Below, piece after piece: positions 36,556 to 45,761 of a stretch of 64,000 nt of DNA (position 1 is the stretch's first letter; each line of letters starts with the position of its first letter). The notes under the pieces were generated by a model. It was not told the DNA's origin, ran no database searches, and worked only from the letters and a program-made list of their open reading frames with translations. Source of the stretch: a virus (lineage: Duplodnaviria > Heunggongvirae > Uroviricota > Caudoviricetes); the IMG/VR virus record IMGVR_UViG_2925939204_000001, one strand, 5' to 3'. A program made the position numbers and the translations under genes.

Positions 36556-39542
36556 TTATGAATGCTGATAAAACGAACAACATAATGACACTATCCTCTG
36601 GTGTCTCACAGCCGTTGCTTGCTGATGTTCAATATTTCGAACTCTATAGTAGTCTGGCTCTTAACAGAAAACTAAAAAATATTGTTTTGCCTGGCTTTTA
36701 CTGTGGATTTGAACCGGTTCCCGGCACAGGGTTGAGTGTCCGTATAACTTCTGAAAACTCAGAAGGTAAAGGGGCTGCTTCAGTAGATGTAAATAATGTT
36801 CAGATATCCGTTCAGCAAATAGAAGATGTGACTGTCTCGGTAAAGGCAGGGGCTACCAACATTATTGTGCTGGAAGCCAATTTTGAACATGGTGTAAAAA
36901 CGACACAGGTAGATAGCGCATCTTTTGTCAGTGCTGCAAGAATTTACGCGCGTACGGACAATACTATTGGGCAGAATCAAATTGAATTATGTCGAGTTAT
37001 CGTGCCTAGCGGCGCAACGGCTGTGACTAAAGAAATGATTGTGCTTAAATACCGGGTTAACCGTGCTGTTGGTGTCGAATTCTCTAATGAAATAAGCAGT
37101 ACAGAAGAAAGAAAAGCGGCTACACCTCTGGCTGTCAAAACTCTCCATGATTTGGTTGATACAAAAGCCCCGATCAACAGCCCGAATCTGACAGGAACGC
37201 CAACAACACCAACAGCGACACAGGGGACTAATAATACCCAGATCGCAAGCACGGCTTTCGTTATGGCCGCGATTGCCGCACTTGTAGATTCGTCACCTGA
37301 TGCACTTAACACTCTGAACGAACTGGCCGCCGCGCTTGGTAATGATCCGAACTTTTCCGCGACAGTGACTCGCCTGATTGGGGAAAAAGTTGCCAAAGAT
37401 GGCGACACCATGGAAGGTAAACTTAATCTGCCGCAGACCTCTGCATTCGGCATCAATACCGACAACAGACTGGGGGGGAACTCTCTGACGCTGGGCGATC
37501 ACGATACCGGAATTAAACAGGAAGGAGACGGCGTATTGTCCGTGTTCGCCAACGGCCAGCGTGTGTTCCTTTTCACGGAAAGAAGTATTACCTCATTAAA
37601 AGAGCTTCTGATAGGTGATGCACGTTATAGCACCGGTGGTGATGTGTATGGCAGTCAGTGGGGAGACGGTTGGTTGAGTTCCTGGTTAAGTGCCCGCTTT
37701 GCAGAGTGTGCCAACGCCAGCCATAACCACCCTTGGAGCCAGATTACCGACGTACCAGCAGCCAGCCTCACTCAGAGCGGCATTGTACAACTTAGTAGTG
37801 CCACCAACAGCACTTCTGAAACATTAGCTGCAACGCCAAAAGCGGTTAAAGCTGCATACGATCTAGCAGCCGGAAAGGCACCATCCAGTCATACACATCC
37901 CTGGAATCAGATCACCGGTGTGCCAACAGCTTCATTGACAGCGAAAGGCATCACTCAGCTCAGTAGTGCCACTAACAGCACGTCCGAAGTGCTGGCCGCC
38001 ACACCGAAAGCTGTCAAGGCCGCATATGACCTGGCTAACGGGAAGTATACGGCCCAGGATGCAACCACGACACAAAAAGGGATAGTTCAGCTCAGTAGCG
38101 ACACCAACAGCACTTCTGAAACATTAGCTGCAACGCCAAAAGCGGTTAAAGCTGCATACGATCTAGCAGCCGGAAAGGCACCATCCAGTCATACACATCC
38201 CTGGAATCAGATCACCGGTGTGCCAACAGCTTCATTGACAGCGAAAGGCATCACTCAGCTCAGTAGTGCCACTAACAGCACGTCCGAAGTGCTGGCCGCC
38301 ACACCGAAAGCTGTCAAGGCCGCATATGACCTGGCTAACGGGAAGTATACGGCCCAGGATGCAACCACGACACAAAAAGGGATAGTTCAGCTCAGTAGCG
38401 ACACCAACAGCACTTCTGAAACATTAGCTGCAACGCCAAAAGCGGTTAAAGCTGCATACGATCTAGCAGCCGGAAAGGCACCATCCAGTCATACACATCC
38501 CTGGAATCAGATCACTAGTGTGCCAACAGCTTCATTGACAGCGAAAGGCATCACTCAGCTCAGTAGCGACACCAACAGCACGTCCGAAGTGCTGGCCGCC
38601 ACACCGAAAGCTGTCAAGGCCGCATATGACCTGGCTAACGGGAAGTATACGGCCCAGGATGCAACCACGACACAAAAAGGGATAGTTCAGCTCAGTAGCG
38701 ACACCAACAGCACTTCTGAAACATTAGCTGCAACGCCAAAAGCGGTTAAAGCTGCATACGATCTAGCAGCCGGAAAGGCACCATCCAGTCATACACATCC
38801 CTGGAATCAGATCACTAGTGTGCCAACAGCTTCATTGACAGCGAAAGGCATCACTCAGCTCAGTAGCGACACCAACAGCACGTCCGAAGTGCTGGCCGCC
38901 ACACCGAAAGCTGTCAAGGCTGCATATGATTTGGCTAATGGAAAGCAAGCGGCAGACACTACGCTCACTGCTCTAGCGGCACTAGCTACAGCAGCAGATA
39001 AACTCCCTTATTTCACAGGGGTTGATCGTGCCGCGTTAACTGCATTGACAAGTGTTGGACGCGCCATTCTTGGTAAGACCAGTATTCAGAGCGTTCTTGA
39101 TTACCTTCAATTGGGAGAAGCGGCAAAAAGGGGCGTGGGCACCGGTAGCAATCAACTCCCTGACATGTCCGCATTTGGTATGTCGCGAAACGGACAAACT
39201 GCCTGGGATATTCTCCCAAATGGTATGATTCGACAGGCTGGCACTGTGACACTGACACCAGTTGGTAACTTCAACGCGCAGGTGCTTGGTGGGGTGACGT
39301 ACTACACCCATTACTACAGGATTAATTTCCCCAGACAATTCCCAAATGCACAAATAGCAACGCTGGCTACACTAGCGAGTTACGCCTATTCGAACCAGGC
39401 AACAATGGCTGGAAAATCACTGGCAACGCATCGCGATACTGATTCTGGCACTGACGTATCAAGAACGCGATTCACTGTGGCGTATACGACACCCAATCTC
39501 GGCGAAATACCGACAGTGCATTTTGAATCAATAGGGTACTAA
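36552..39542 (+). CDS. tail fibre protein (996 aa)
   Basis: Eight copies of the ~50-aa phage tail-fibre repeat (QLSS.TNSTSE.LAATPKAVKAAYDLA.GK) flanked by HTHPWNQIT segments. Confidence 0.8.
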   Translation: MIMNADKTNNIMTLSSGVSQPLLADVQYFELYSSLALNRKLKNIVLPGFYCGFEPVPGTGLSVRITSENSEGKGAASVDVNNVQISVQQIEDVTVSVKAGATNIIVLEANFEHGVKTTQVDSASFVSAARIYARTDNTIGQNQIELCRVIVPSGATAVTKEMIVLKYRVNRAVGVEFSNEISSTEERKAATPLAVKTLHDLVDTKAPINSPNLTGTPTTPTATQGTNNTQIASTAFVMAAIAALVDSSPDALNTLNELAAALGNDPNFSATVTRLIGEKVAKDGDTMEGKLNLPQTSAFGINTDNRLGGNSLTLGDHDTGIKQEGDGVLSVFANGQRVFLFTERSITSLKELLIGDARYSTGGDVYGSQWGDGWLSSWLSARFAECANASHNHPWSQITDVPAASLTQSGIVQLSSATNSTSETLAATPKAVKAAYDLAAGKAPSSHTHPWNQITGVPTASLTAKGITQLSSATNSTSEVLAATPKAVKAAYDLANGKYTAQDATTTQKGIVQLSSDTNSTSETLAATPKAVKAAYDLAAGKAPSSHTHPWNQITGVPTASLTAKGITQLSSATNSTSEVLAATPKAVKAAYDLANGKYTAQDATTTQKGIVQLSSDTNSTSETLAATPKAVKAAYDLAAGKAPSSHTHPWNQITSVPTASLTAKGITQLSSDTNSTSEVLAATPKAVKAAYDLANGKYTAQDATTTQKGIVQLSSDTNSTSETLAATPKAVKAAYDLAAGKAPSSHTHPWNQITSVPTASLTAKGITQLSSDTNSTSEVLAATPKAVKAAYDLANGKQAADTTLTALAALATAADKLPYFTGVDRAALTALTSVGRAILGKTSIQSVLDYLQLGEAAKRGVGTGSNQLPDMSAFGMSRNGQTAWDILPNGMIRQAGTVTLTPVGNFNAQVLGGVTYYTHYYRINFPRQFPNAQIATLATLASYAYSNQATMAGKSLATHRDTDSGTDVSRTRFTVAYTTPNLGEIPTVHFESIGY
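37725..38945 (+). repeat. tandem 300-bp (100-aa) repeats, about four near-identical units
   Basis: Lines at 37801, 38101, 38401, 38701 are near-identical; each unit has two related ~150-bp half-units. Confidence 0.85.
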
Positions 39543-39544
39543 AT

Positions 39545-39778
39545 ATGGAGAATATCTATTTCAGCCCAACGACCGTTGGTTTTTATGTTTCTGAACAAGA
39601 GCGACCTGATGATGCGGTTGAAGTCTCGCCAGAGGTGGAGGCATTTTTGAGGGAGTGTGTTATCTGGGGAGCGGATACATTTAACGTAGAGCGAGATGCA
39701 GCAACGGTGACATATCCAACAGAACTGCTTGAATATGTCACCACCTACAACGCCCCCGTTAAATATCCTGCGGATTGA
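39545..39778 (+). CDS. tail fibre assembly (Tfa)-like N-terminal domain protein (77 aa)
   Basis: N-terminus [18 protein letters not shown] matches Tfa pattern; lacks conserved Tfa C-terminus. Confidence 0.45.
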   Translation: MENIYFSPTTVGFYVSEQERPDDAVEVSPEVEAFLRECVIWGADTFNVERDAATVTYPTELLEYVTTYNAPVKYPAD

Positions 39779-40169
39779 CAGGCCATACGGGTTTTGCTGT
39801 ATCAACGCGCATCAGCAAGACCCGGTATTTTTTCCATTCAGATAACGCGGCGGTTTCTTCTGCCGTCGCGATTTCCGCATCAAAAGCATCCTGTCTCTAG
39901 GCTATTTCCTTATCAGCCATAGAACGCAATACCGTTCTTTTCTGTTCAGCCTGAATAATCTGTTGTTCAGCGGAGAGTGGCGGGATATCAATCCACGCAG
40001 GATTACCATTTTTATCAGCCCCCAGCGTTTTGCCTTGTGGCGCTACGCCTGTGTAAATTGCCATTGTTTCATCATCAACATCAACGCCATTTTCAGGCCA
40101 TGAACCGGCGCTGATATATACCTCTTTTAGTGCTTTCGGATAGAAAGAGCCTTTATAAAATTTATTCAT
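39744..40169 (-). pseudogene. tail fibre assembly (Tfa/U-like) gene interrupted by in-frame amber codon
   Basis: MNKFYKGSFYP...AWIDIPP...RSMADKEIA, then TAG at 39897-39899, then in-frame [39 protein letters not shown] (conserved Tfa C-terminus). Confidence 0.5.
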
Positions 40170-40643
40170 TCTTAATACCCCAGCGCGATAAAACAACAAT
40201 CTTTGGTGCCCTCTCCGGATGGCGACCAGTTCTGAATACTGATATGCGTTCTGCTGGCAATACGCACATTCATCGCGGCATTGTAGCCAGATGTTCCACG
40301 GTTTCCGGTCGCAAATAAGCCTGCATAGGGAAAAGCAAATGGTAAGCCGCTCTAACTGCTATACGACCAAGGCTTCATCTCTGGAAAACATACGCAGAAC
40401 CTTTTTTAACCCTTGGCGTTTAGCCTTTTTGCCACTCGCTTTGCCCTCAAAAATTAGCTCACATCCTGCGCTTTCAAGGGGGCGTTGCAAAGCGGTGTTT
40501 TGGTCATTTGTTGATATGCGAATGTATCTAATAAGCATATGTCTCCCCTTGTATGTTAAGGAAGGAGATTTTAGAAGATGTCCTGTAAGGAAATAACAAA
40601 CTGACTAAGGTAGTGGCGCATTAGATGTTATTTCTGGAGGGGT

Positions 40644-40970
40644 ATGTTTGCAGATTATGAAAATCTGGCTGTAGTAGTCATAACATCCCTACTAAGTGGA
40701 ACCGGCGTATTCCTTCTCGGAGTTAGAGACGGGCGCATTTCTGCGTCCCTGCTCAATCTTGCGAGTGAATTGTTTACTGCGGTAACAGCCGGGCTTGCGG
40801 GGTATGGGGTGGCGGTTAGCCAAGAATGGCCTGAAGGTATCATTTTCTGCGTTGTTCTGATTGCCAGTAACAACGGTAGTGAAATTTTACAGGGCTTGAA
40901 GTCCAGAGCTAGTAACGTCTTGAATCTCTTAAGCGTAATAGCGAATGGGGGAAAAGGTGGAGAGAAATAA
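40644..40970 (+). CDS. small three-TM membrane protein, holin-like (P1 LydA-like?)
   Basis: 108 aa with three hydrophobic segments; first gene of operon. Confidence 0.4.
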   Translation: MFADYENLAVVVITSLLSGTGVFLLGVRDGRISASLLNLASELFTAVTAGLAGYGVAVSQEWPEGIIFCVVLIASNNGSEILQGLKSRASNVLNLLSVIANGGKGGEK

Positions 40971-41416
40971 TGGGTAACTTTGGAAATTATTTCATTTTTA
41001 TCATGGCATTTGTTGCCATCATTGACCGTTTCATTTTTCGTCGCAAGAGTGTTGAGATTTTGAGTATTGGTGACGCTGTAGTGAAAGAATCCGCTATAGC
41101 ATTTCCTGTTTCGCTACGTGTTAAGCGAAGCTGGTTCAGCAATGCTCAAATCGAATATTGGTTGCAAGACCTGAAAAATCCATCTGTGGTTATTTCAGGG
41201 AAAACGCGACCAGTTGACGCTTCAAAACGCGGTGAGAGAGAAGAGTATTTGCTCATCGATACGAAATATCTTGAGCCAACGAAGTGGGATCTGAAAGTCA
41301 CATTGACTAACGGTAACTGCCGACTGAATCCGCTTTATCGCATTTTCCCTATCAATGACTGCATAGAGCGCCAGTTTACGATCGAAAAGCGTGAAGGAGA
41401 CTGGGATGTCAAATAA
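40970..41416 (+). CDS. N-terminally anchored membrane protein (148 aa; LydB-like?)
   Basis: Single N-terminal TM (YFIFIMAFVAIIDRFIF); start overlaps upstream stop. Confidence 0.4.
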   Translation: MGNFGNYFIFIMAFVAIIDRFIFRRKSVEILSIGDAVVKESAIAFPVSLRVKRSWFSNAQIEYWLQDLKNPSVVISGKTRPVDASKRGEREEYLLIDTKYLEPTKWDLKVTLTNGNCRLNPLYRIFPINDCIERQFTIEKREGDWDVK

Positions 41417-42026
41417 GAATAATTATGTTCTTCTTAATTATGATGAGTTAAACGAAAAGGGGCTGGCAAAACTCGTCAAAGAAATCAGCAAAGGTGGTTA
41501 CAAGATAGCGAGGGTGATCCCTGCAAGTAATGGCAGGAAGAAAGATGGGATCATGACGCGCACGTTTACCCTTATTGGTATTGATGAACAGACAATGGAA
41601 GTTCAGGTTAACGATACCGGTGATATATCTGGGATCAAACTGAATGGTAAAACAGTACCGTTCAAGCCAGTAAAAACAATGTCGTCTTTGGGGCAATCTC
41701 TTGCGGCTTTATTTAATCGTGGAGCAACTTCTTTCCAGAAGTCATTAGCTCGAAAACTTGCTCGTGCAGCAAAAAATATTGACGACGGAAATAAGAAGCG
41801 GCAGGGAGTTAAATCTAGCGCTCAGAAATTAGCTGAAGCGAAAGAATCACGTGATGCACTCCGTGAAGATATCGCTAATGCTAACGACAAACTGTCTAAA
41901 CTCCAGAGCAAGTCAGACAAAGTAATGCAAGATACGGGTAATGTTAAAGCTGCCTTGTCTCAGGAAGTAGCTAAGACACGTGCTCTTAAAGAAGAAATCG
42001 CGCGCCTGGAGGATGAGCATGATTAA
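41406..42026 (+). CDS. hypothetical protein with C-terminal coiled coil (207 aa)
   Basis: Start taken at MSNKNNYVLL; operon member. Confidence 0.5.
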   Translation: MSNKNNYVLLNYDELNEKGLAKLVKEISKGGYKIARVIPASNGRKKDGIMTRTFTLIGIDEQTMEVQVNDTGDISGIKLNGKTVPFKPVKTMSSLGQSLAALFNRGATSFQKSLARKLARAAKNIDDGNKKRQGVKSSAQKLAEAKESRDALREDIANANDKLSKLQSKSDKVMQDTGNVKAALSQEVAKTRALKEEIARLEDEHD

Positions 42027-43956
42027 CAATCCTTTACGAATTAATATTCAGTCTACTTTTGCTGATACGATCCCCGGCTATATGCCAAGTCGCTGGTCTT
42101 CAGAAGAATTAAGCGAAGATGACCTGATTTTTGAGGCGGCGACCTTAGAAGATATTGAGCTTGCCTATATGGGCAATGAAATTCTGGTTGTGTCTGACGA
42201 AGCTATGTTTGAGTCCATAACTACAACCAGAATTCGGTTAGCTCAAACAATGCGAGCTTTCGTCCGTGCGCTGAATCGTGGCCTGAATGGTACGAATATT
42301 ATGGCAGGGACTGATGAAGCTGGGACCGATGAAAATGGACGTAATTGTATTGGTGGTGCGATTATCGGTCGTGTACGTCGGGTAGCTAATATCCCTGTTT
42401 TGACCGCGCAGATACCGCTTACTGACGGGCAGAGTACAAGCATAATTTTCCACTCTCCAACAGCTGACGGGGCAAAAATAAAGAGTAACGACGAGCTTGT
42501 TGCATTTCAGTTTTTACTTAATAAGCGTAACGTAACTCACGTTGTCGCCCCGATTGGTGGGAGAGATGTTTCTTTAAGCCAGGTATGCCAGGCGCTATCT
42601 AATTTGATTGAGCGTAACAGCGAAAAATTTAAGAAAGCAAAAGAGCGCCAGGATAAAATGAAGGCAGATATTGAGAGTTATCTCAATGAAGCAGATAAAC
42701 TGGCAGAAGAACGGTCAATAATGATTGATCAGGTGGACGTTGCGCAACGTGGGCTGACTGAAAAGCGTGCTGCTCTTACGGAGATGCAAAAAAAACTTGA
42801 TGCCCAGAAAGCCATCAACGAGGAATTACAAGAAAAACGCGATAAATTGTTGTCTGCTAAAGGTGAAAAAACGAAGGAACGAGCGTTTAGTGACCAGCTG
42901 CGACATGTAAAACATAATCTTGCCATTGACGGAAAAACAGTGCTGGATAATGGCGCTGAAGTTAATTATATCACGTCCGGCAGTGACAATTTCGTTACGA
43001 TAATAGCACCTGAAGGTAAATTCAGTATTGATGCCAGTGCTGTCAAAGGAGGCAGTTTGGCAGATGCTGCAACCAAATTACTTAAAGCCTACCGAGAGCA
43101 TAACGCAGATAAATATAAAGTTGATGTGTTACCAGGCCAGCAGGAAGACCCCGAACCACCACAGACAGACCCCGAGACGAACCCAGTATCACAACCAGAG
43201 AGCCAGGATGTAGGTAAATACCACTATGCACTTCAATCTCGCCCGGCTGGTGTTGGTGCTGTGCCGGATGGAAATAAAGCCGTGCTTGATCGTCCTGACC
43301 AGGCTGATCAGTATTACGAATATGCTCGTCACGGTATCATTACGTATGACCGTAAACTGACAGATGAAGAAGTCAGCCAGTACGAGTTGCTCTATCTTCC
43401 TGATGAAGATGAGCTGAAAGATTTTGCAGACCAATTGGTTGCGTCCAGCATGTCGAAACATATTGATGGCTATGTGGACCTGTTTGGCAGTGACCTGAAA
43501 ACATTCAAGGCGCAAGTGAAAATTCTTTTCCGCAAAGAGTTTCCGAACGTGGCTTATCCGCTTGGTGATGGGGAGAACCTTTTCATTATGGACGTATATA
43601 ACGCCCTTCAAAATCATTCAAACGAAGCAACGCCAGAGCCTGAATTAGCACCTGTAGTTGAGCCAGAATCCCACCCACAAACAGAACCAGAGCAACAGCC
43701 AACGCCGGAAGACGCTGGAGAAGCGGCAACTGAAGCAGATCAGGAAGCAGATAAAGCGTTGGAGTACCTTAAATCCGTCCCGGTGCAGTTTACATCCCGC
43801 GATCTGACGGTAATCAGTGCCGAACTTGACCATGTGCAGGAAGCTGCAAACGCTCTTATCAGTGCTGGTCGATACGACGAGAACGAATCAACGGTTGGCG
43901 CAGCAGTTGACTACCTGATCAACATCCTGGCTGAAATTCAGCAGGGAGGTGCTTAA
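42019..43956 (+). CDS. large virion-associated protein candidate (645 aa; DarA-like by size and context)
   Basis: GGAGG SD 6 nt before ATGATT; overlapping stop/start with neighbours; coiled-coil and acidic Pro/Glu-rich segments. Confidence 0.5.
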   Translation: MINNPLRINIQSTFADTIPGYMPSRWSSEELSEDDLIFEAATLEDIELAYMGNEILVVSDEAMFESITTTRIRLAQTMRAFVRALNRGLNGTNIMAGTDEAGTDENGRNCIGGAIIGRVRRVANIPVLTAQIPLTDGQSTSIIFHSPTADGAKIKSNDELVAFQFLLNKRNVTHVVAPIGGRDVSLSQVCQALSNLIERNSEKFKKAKERQDKMKADIESYLNEADKLAEERSIMIDQVDVAQRGLTEKRAALTEMQKKLDAQKAINEELQEKRDKLLSAKGEKTKERAFSDQLRHVKHNLAIDGKTVLDNGAEVNYITSGSDNFVTIIAPEGKFSIDASAVKGGSLADAATKLLKAYREHNADKYKVDVLPGQQEDPEPPQTDPETNPVSQPESQDVGKYHYALQSRPAGVGAVPDGNKAVLDRPDQADQYYEYARHGIITYDRKLTDEEVSQYELLYLPDEDELKDFADQLVASSMSKHIDGYVDLFGSDLKTFKAQVKILFRKEFPNVAYPLGDGENLFIMDVYNALQNHSNEATPEPELAPVVEPESHPQTEPEQQPTPEDAGEAATEADQEADKALEYLKSVPVQFTSRDLTVISAELDHVQEAANALISAGRYDENESTVGAAVDYLINILAEIQQGGA

Positions 43957-44330
43957 TGACTATCTCTGTTTTAGACCGTCTGAAATTGGGTAAAGAGCTA
44001 TCAGATTTAATGCAGGCGCAGAAAACCGCGCCAGTATTACAACGCGTCGCAATTGGTAAGCAGATTGTTGATCTGATGCTTAAGCTGGGGCTGGGTGCTG
44101 CCGCTCAACCGATATCGGAACCGCAACCGCACCCACAGTCTGATCCTGTTGCAGATGAAGTTCCTAAGATAGTGACTGACTTCCTGGGCGGTGTGTTCAC
44201 AAAGTCCACACAAATGGAATTTATTGATGCGCTGCGTGGGATCTCAAACTATGTTGGCGAGTTCCTTACGTTGGAGCAGGCTAAAGAGCAGACCATCGGT
44301 TGGGTTAAAGCCAACGGATATGCCGGATAA
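43956..44330 (+). CDS. hypothetical protein (124 aa)
   Basis: Start overlaps upstream stop (TAATG). Confidence 0.5.
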   Translation: MTISVLDRLKLGKELSDLMQAQKTAPVLQRVAIGKQIVDLMLKLGLGAAAQPISEPQPHPQSDPVADEVPKIVTDFLGGVFTKSTQMEFIDALRGISNYVGEFLTLEQAKEQTIGWVKANGYAG

Positions 44331-44375
44331 TCCAAAGGGGCTGAAATACCCCTTTCACTTATCCAGTGCGCCATA

Positions 44376-45730
44376 AAACCCCGTCCTTCAGGGCGGGGAT
44401 ATAAGGCGCGGTTTTCCACCTAAATTTTTTTGTTTAAAATAGCGGGATGAAACGACTACAGGCATTTAAATTCCGGTTAAGACCAGATGGTCAACAGGAG
44501 CGAGAAATGAGGCGCTTCGCGGGAGCTTGTCGTTTCGTTTTCAATCGTGCTCTGGCGCTTCAGAATGAGAATCATGAAGCCGGGAACAAATATATTCCTT
44601 ACACAAAAATGGCTTCCTGGCTGATTGAGTGGAAAAATGCCTCTGAAACGCAATGGCTTAAAGATTCTCCCTCACAGCCATTGCAGCAATCACTGAAAGA
44701 CCTTGAGCGGGCCTACAAAAATTTCTTCCAGAAGCGTGCGGCTTTCCCCCGATTCAAAAAGCGGGGACAGAATGATGCATTCCGCTACCCGCAGGGCGTT
44801 AAGCTCGATCAGGAAAACAGCCGTATTTTTCTGCCGAAACTGGGCTGGATGCGCTACCGGAACAGCCGTCAGGTCACGGGTGTTGTGAAAAATGTCACTG
44901 TCAGCCAGTCCTGCGGTAAGTGGTACATCAGTATTCAGACAGAAAGTGAAGTATCAACTCCGGTTCACCCTTCAGCATCAATGGTCGGGCTGGATGCTGG
45001 CGTGGCTAAACTCGCCACGCTGTCAGATGGCACAGTCTTTGAGCCTGTAAACAGTTTTCAGAAAAACCAGAAGAAGCTGGCGAGACTTCAGCGACAGTTA
45101 AGCCGCAAGGTCAAATTCAGCAACAACTGGCAGAAGCAGAAACGCAAAATACAGCGACTGCATTCCTGTATCGCAAATATCCGCAGGGACTACCTTCACA
45201 AAGTCACAACGACCGTCAGCAAAAACCACGCAATGATAGTCATTGAGGATTTGAAGGTCAGCAACATGTCAAAGTCAGCAGCGGGTACGGTCAGCCAGCC
45301 GGGGCGCAATGTCCGGGCAAAATCAGGTTTAAACCGTTCGATACTGGATCAGGGCTGGTATGAAATGCGCCGCCAGCTTGAGTACAAGCAGCTCTGGCGT
45401 GGCGGTCAGGTGCTTGCTGTTCCGCCAGCGTACACAAGCCAGCGTTGCGCGTACTGTGGTCATACAGCGAAAGAAAATCGCCTGTCACAAAGTAAATTCG
45501 AGTGCCGGGCATGTGGATATACAGCGAACGCCGATATAAACGGCGCTCGTAACATTTTAGCGGCGGGACACGCCGTTCTTGCCTGTGGAGGGATGGTGCA
45601 GTCAGGCCGCCCGTTGAAGCAGGAACCCACCGAAATGATTCAGGCAACAGCCTGAGCGTAGCAGGAATCCATGTTCTTGAGGGCGTGGAGGATGTCAACT
45701 GTTCTCACATAAATCACACACTTTTTACAC
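44376..45730 (+). mobile_element. IS200/IS605-family element carrying only tnpB (IS609-like); boundaries approximate
   Basis: Subterminal hairpin CCCCGTCC-TTCA-GGGCGGGG at 44379-44398 before tnpB; no tnpA ORF. Confidence 0.6.
44447..45655 (+). CDS. tnpB: IS605-family TnpB (OrfB) RNA-guided nuclease-type protein
   Basis: Near-identical to E. coli K-12 InsQ/YdcM as recalled; C-terminal zinc-finger [25 protein letters not shown]. Confidence 0.9.
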   Translation: MKRLQAFKFRLRPDGQQEREMRRFAGACRFVFNRALALQNENHEAGNKYIPYTKMASWLIEWKNASETQWLKDSPSQPLQQSLKDLERAYKNFFQKRAAFPRFKKRGQNDAFRYPQGVKLDQENSRIFLPKLGWMRYRNSRQVTGVVKNVTVSQSCGKWYISIQTESEVSTPVHPSASMVGLDAGVAKLATLSDGTVFEPVNSFQKNQKKLARLQRQLSRKVKFSNNWQKQKRKIQRLHSCIANIRRDYLHKVTTTVSKNHAMIVIEDLKVSNMSKSAAGTVSQPGRNVRAKSGLNRSILDQGWYEMRRQLEYKQLWRGGQVLAVPPAYTSQRCAYCGHTAKENRLSQSKFECRACGYTANADINGARNILAAGHAVLACGGMVQSGRPLKQEPTEMIQATA

Positions 45731-45731
45731 T
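45711..45731 (+). promoter_or_regulatory. late-promoter-like element AAATCACA-N7-TACACT
   Basis: ~30 nt upstream of 45762 gene, near IS right end. Confidence 0.35.
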
Positions 45732-45761
45732 TCCAGCTTTCTCTATAGGGGGGAGTGTATT

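Noticed and set aside
32245-38945. Tandem repeat arrays considered as possible CRISPR arrays
   Set aside because: Both arrays (75-bp and 300-bp units) are in-frame coding repeats with no unique spacers, no leader and no cas genes
40291-40596. 101-aa plus-strand ORF between the Tfa pseudogene and the holin-like gene
   Set aside because: No SD, low-complexity composition, and the region contains a plus-strand terminator hairpin; more likely non-coding remnant DNA
36552-40640. Searched for a Cin/Gin/Hin-type invertase and 26-bp crossover sites around the tail fibre/Tfa genes
   Set aside because: No serine-recombinase-like ORF and no matching inverted crossover sites found in this window; the inversion-module idea is therefore reported only as a remnant
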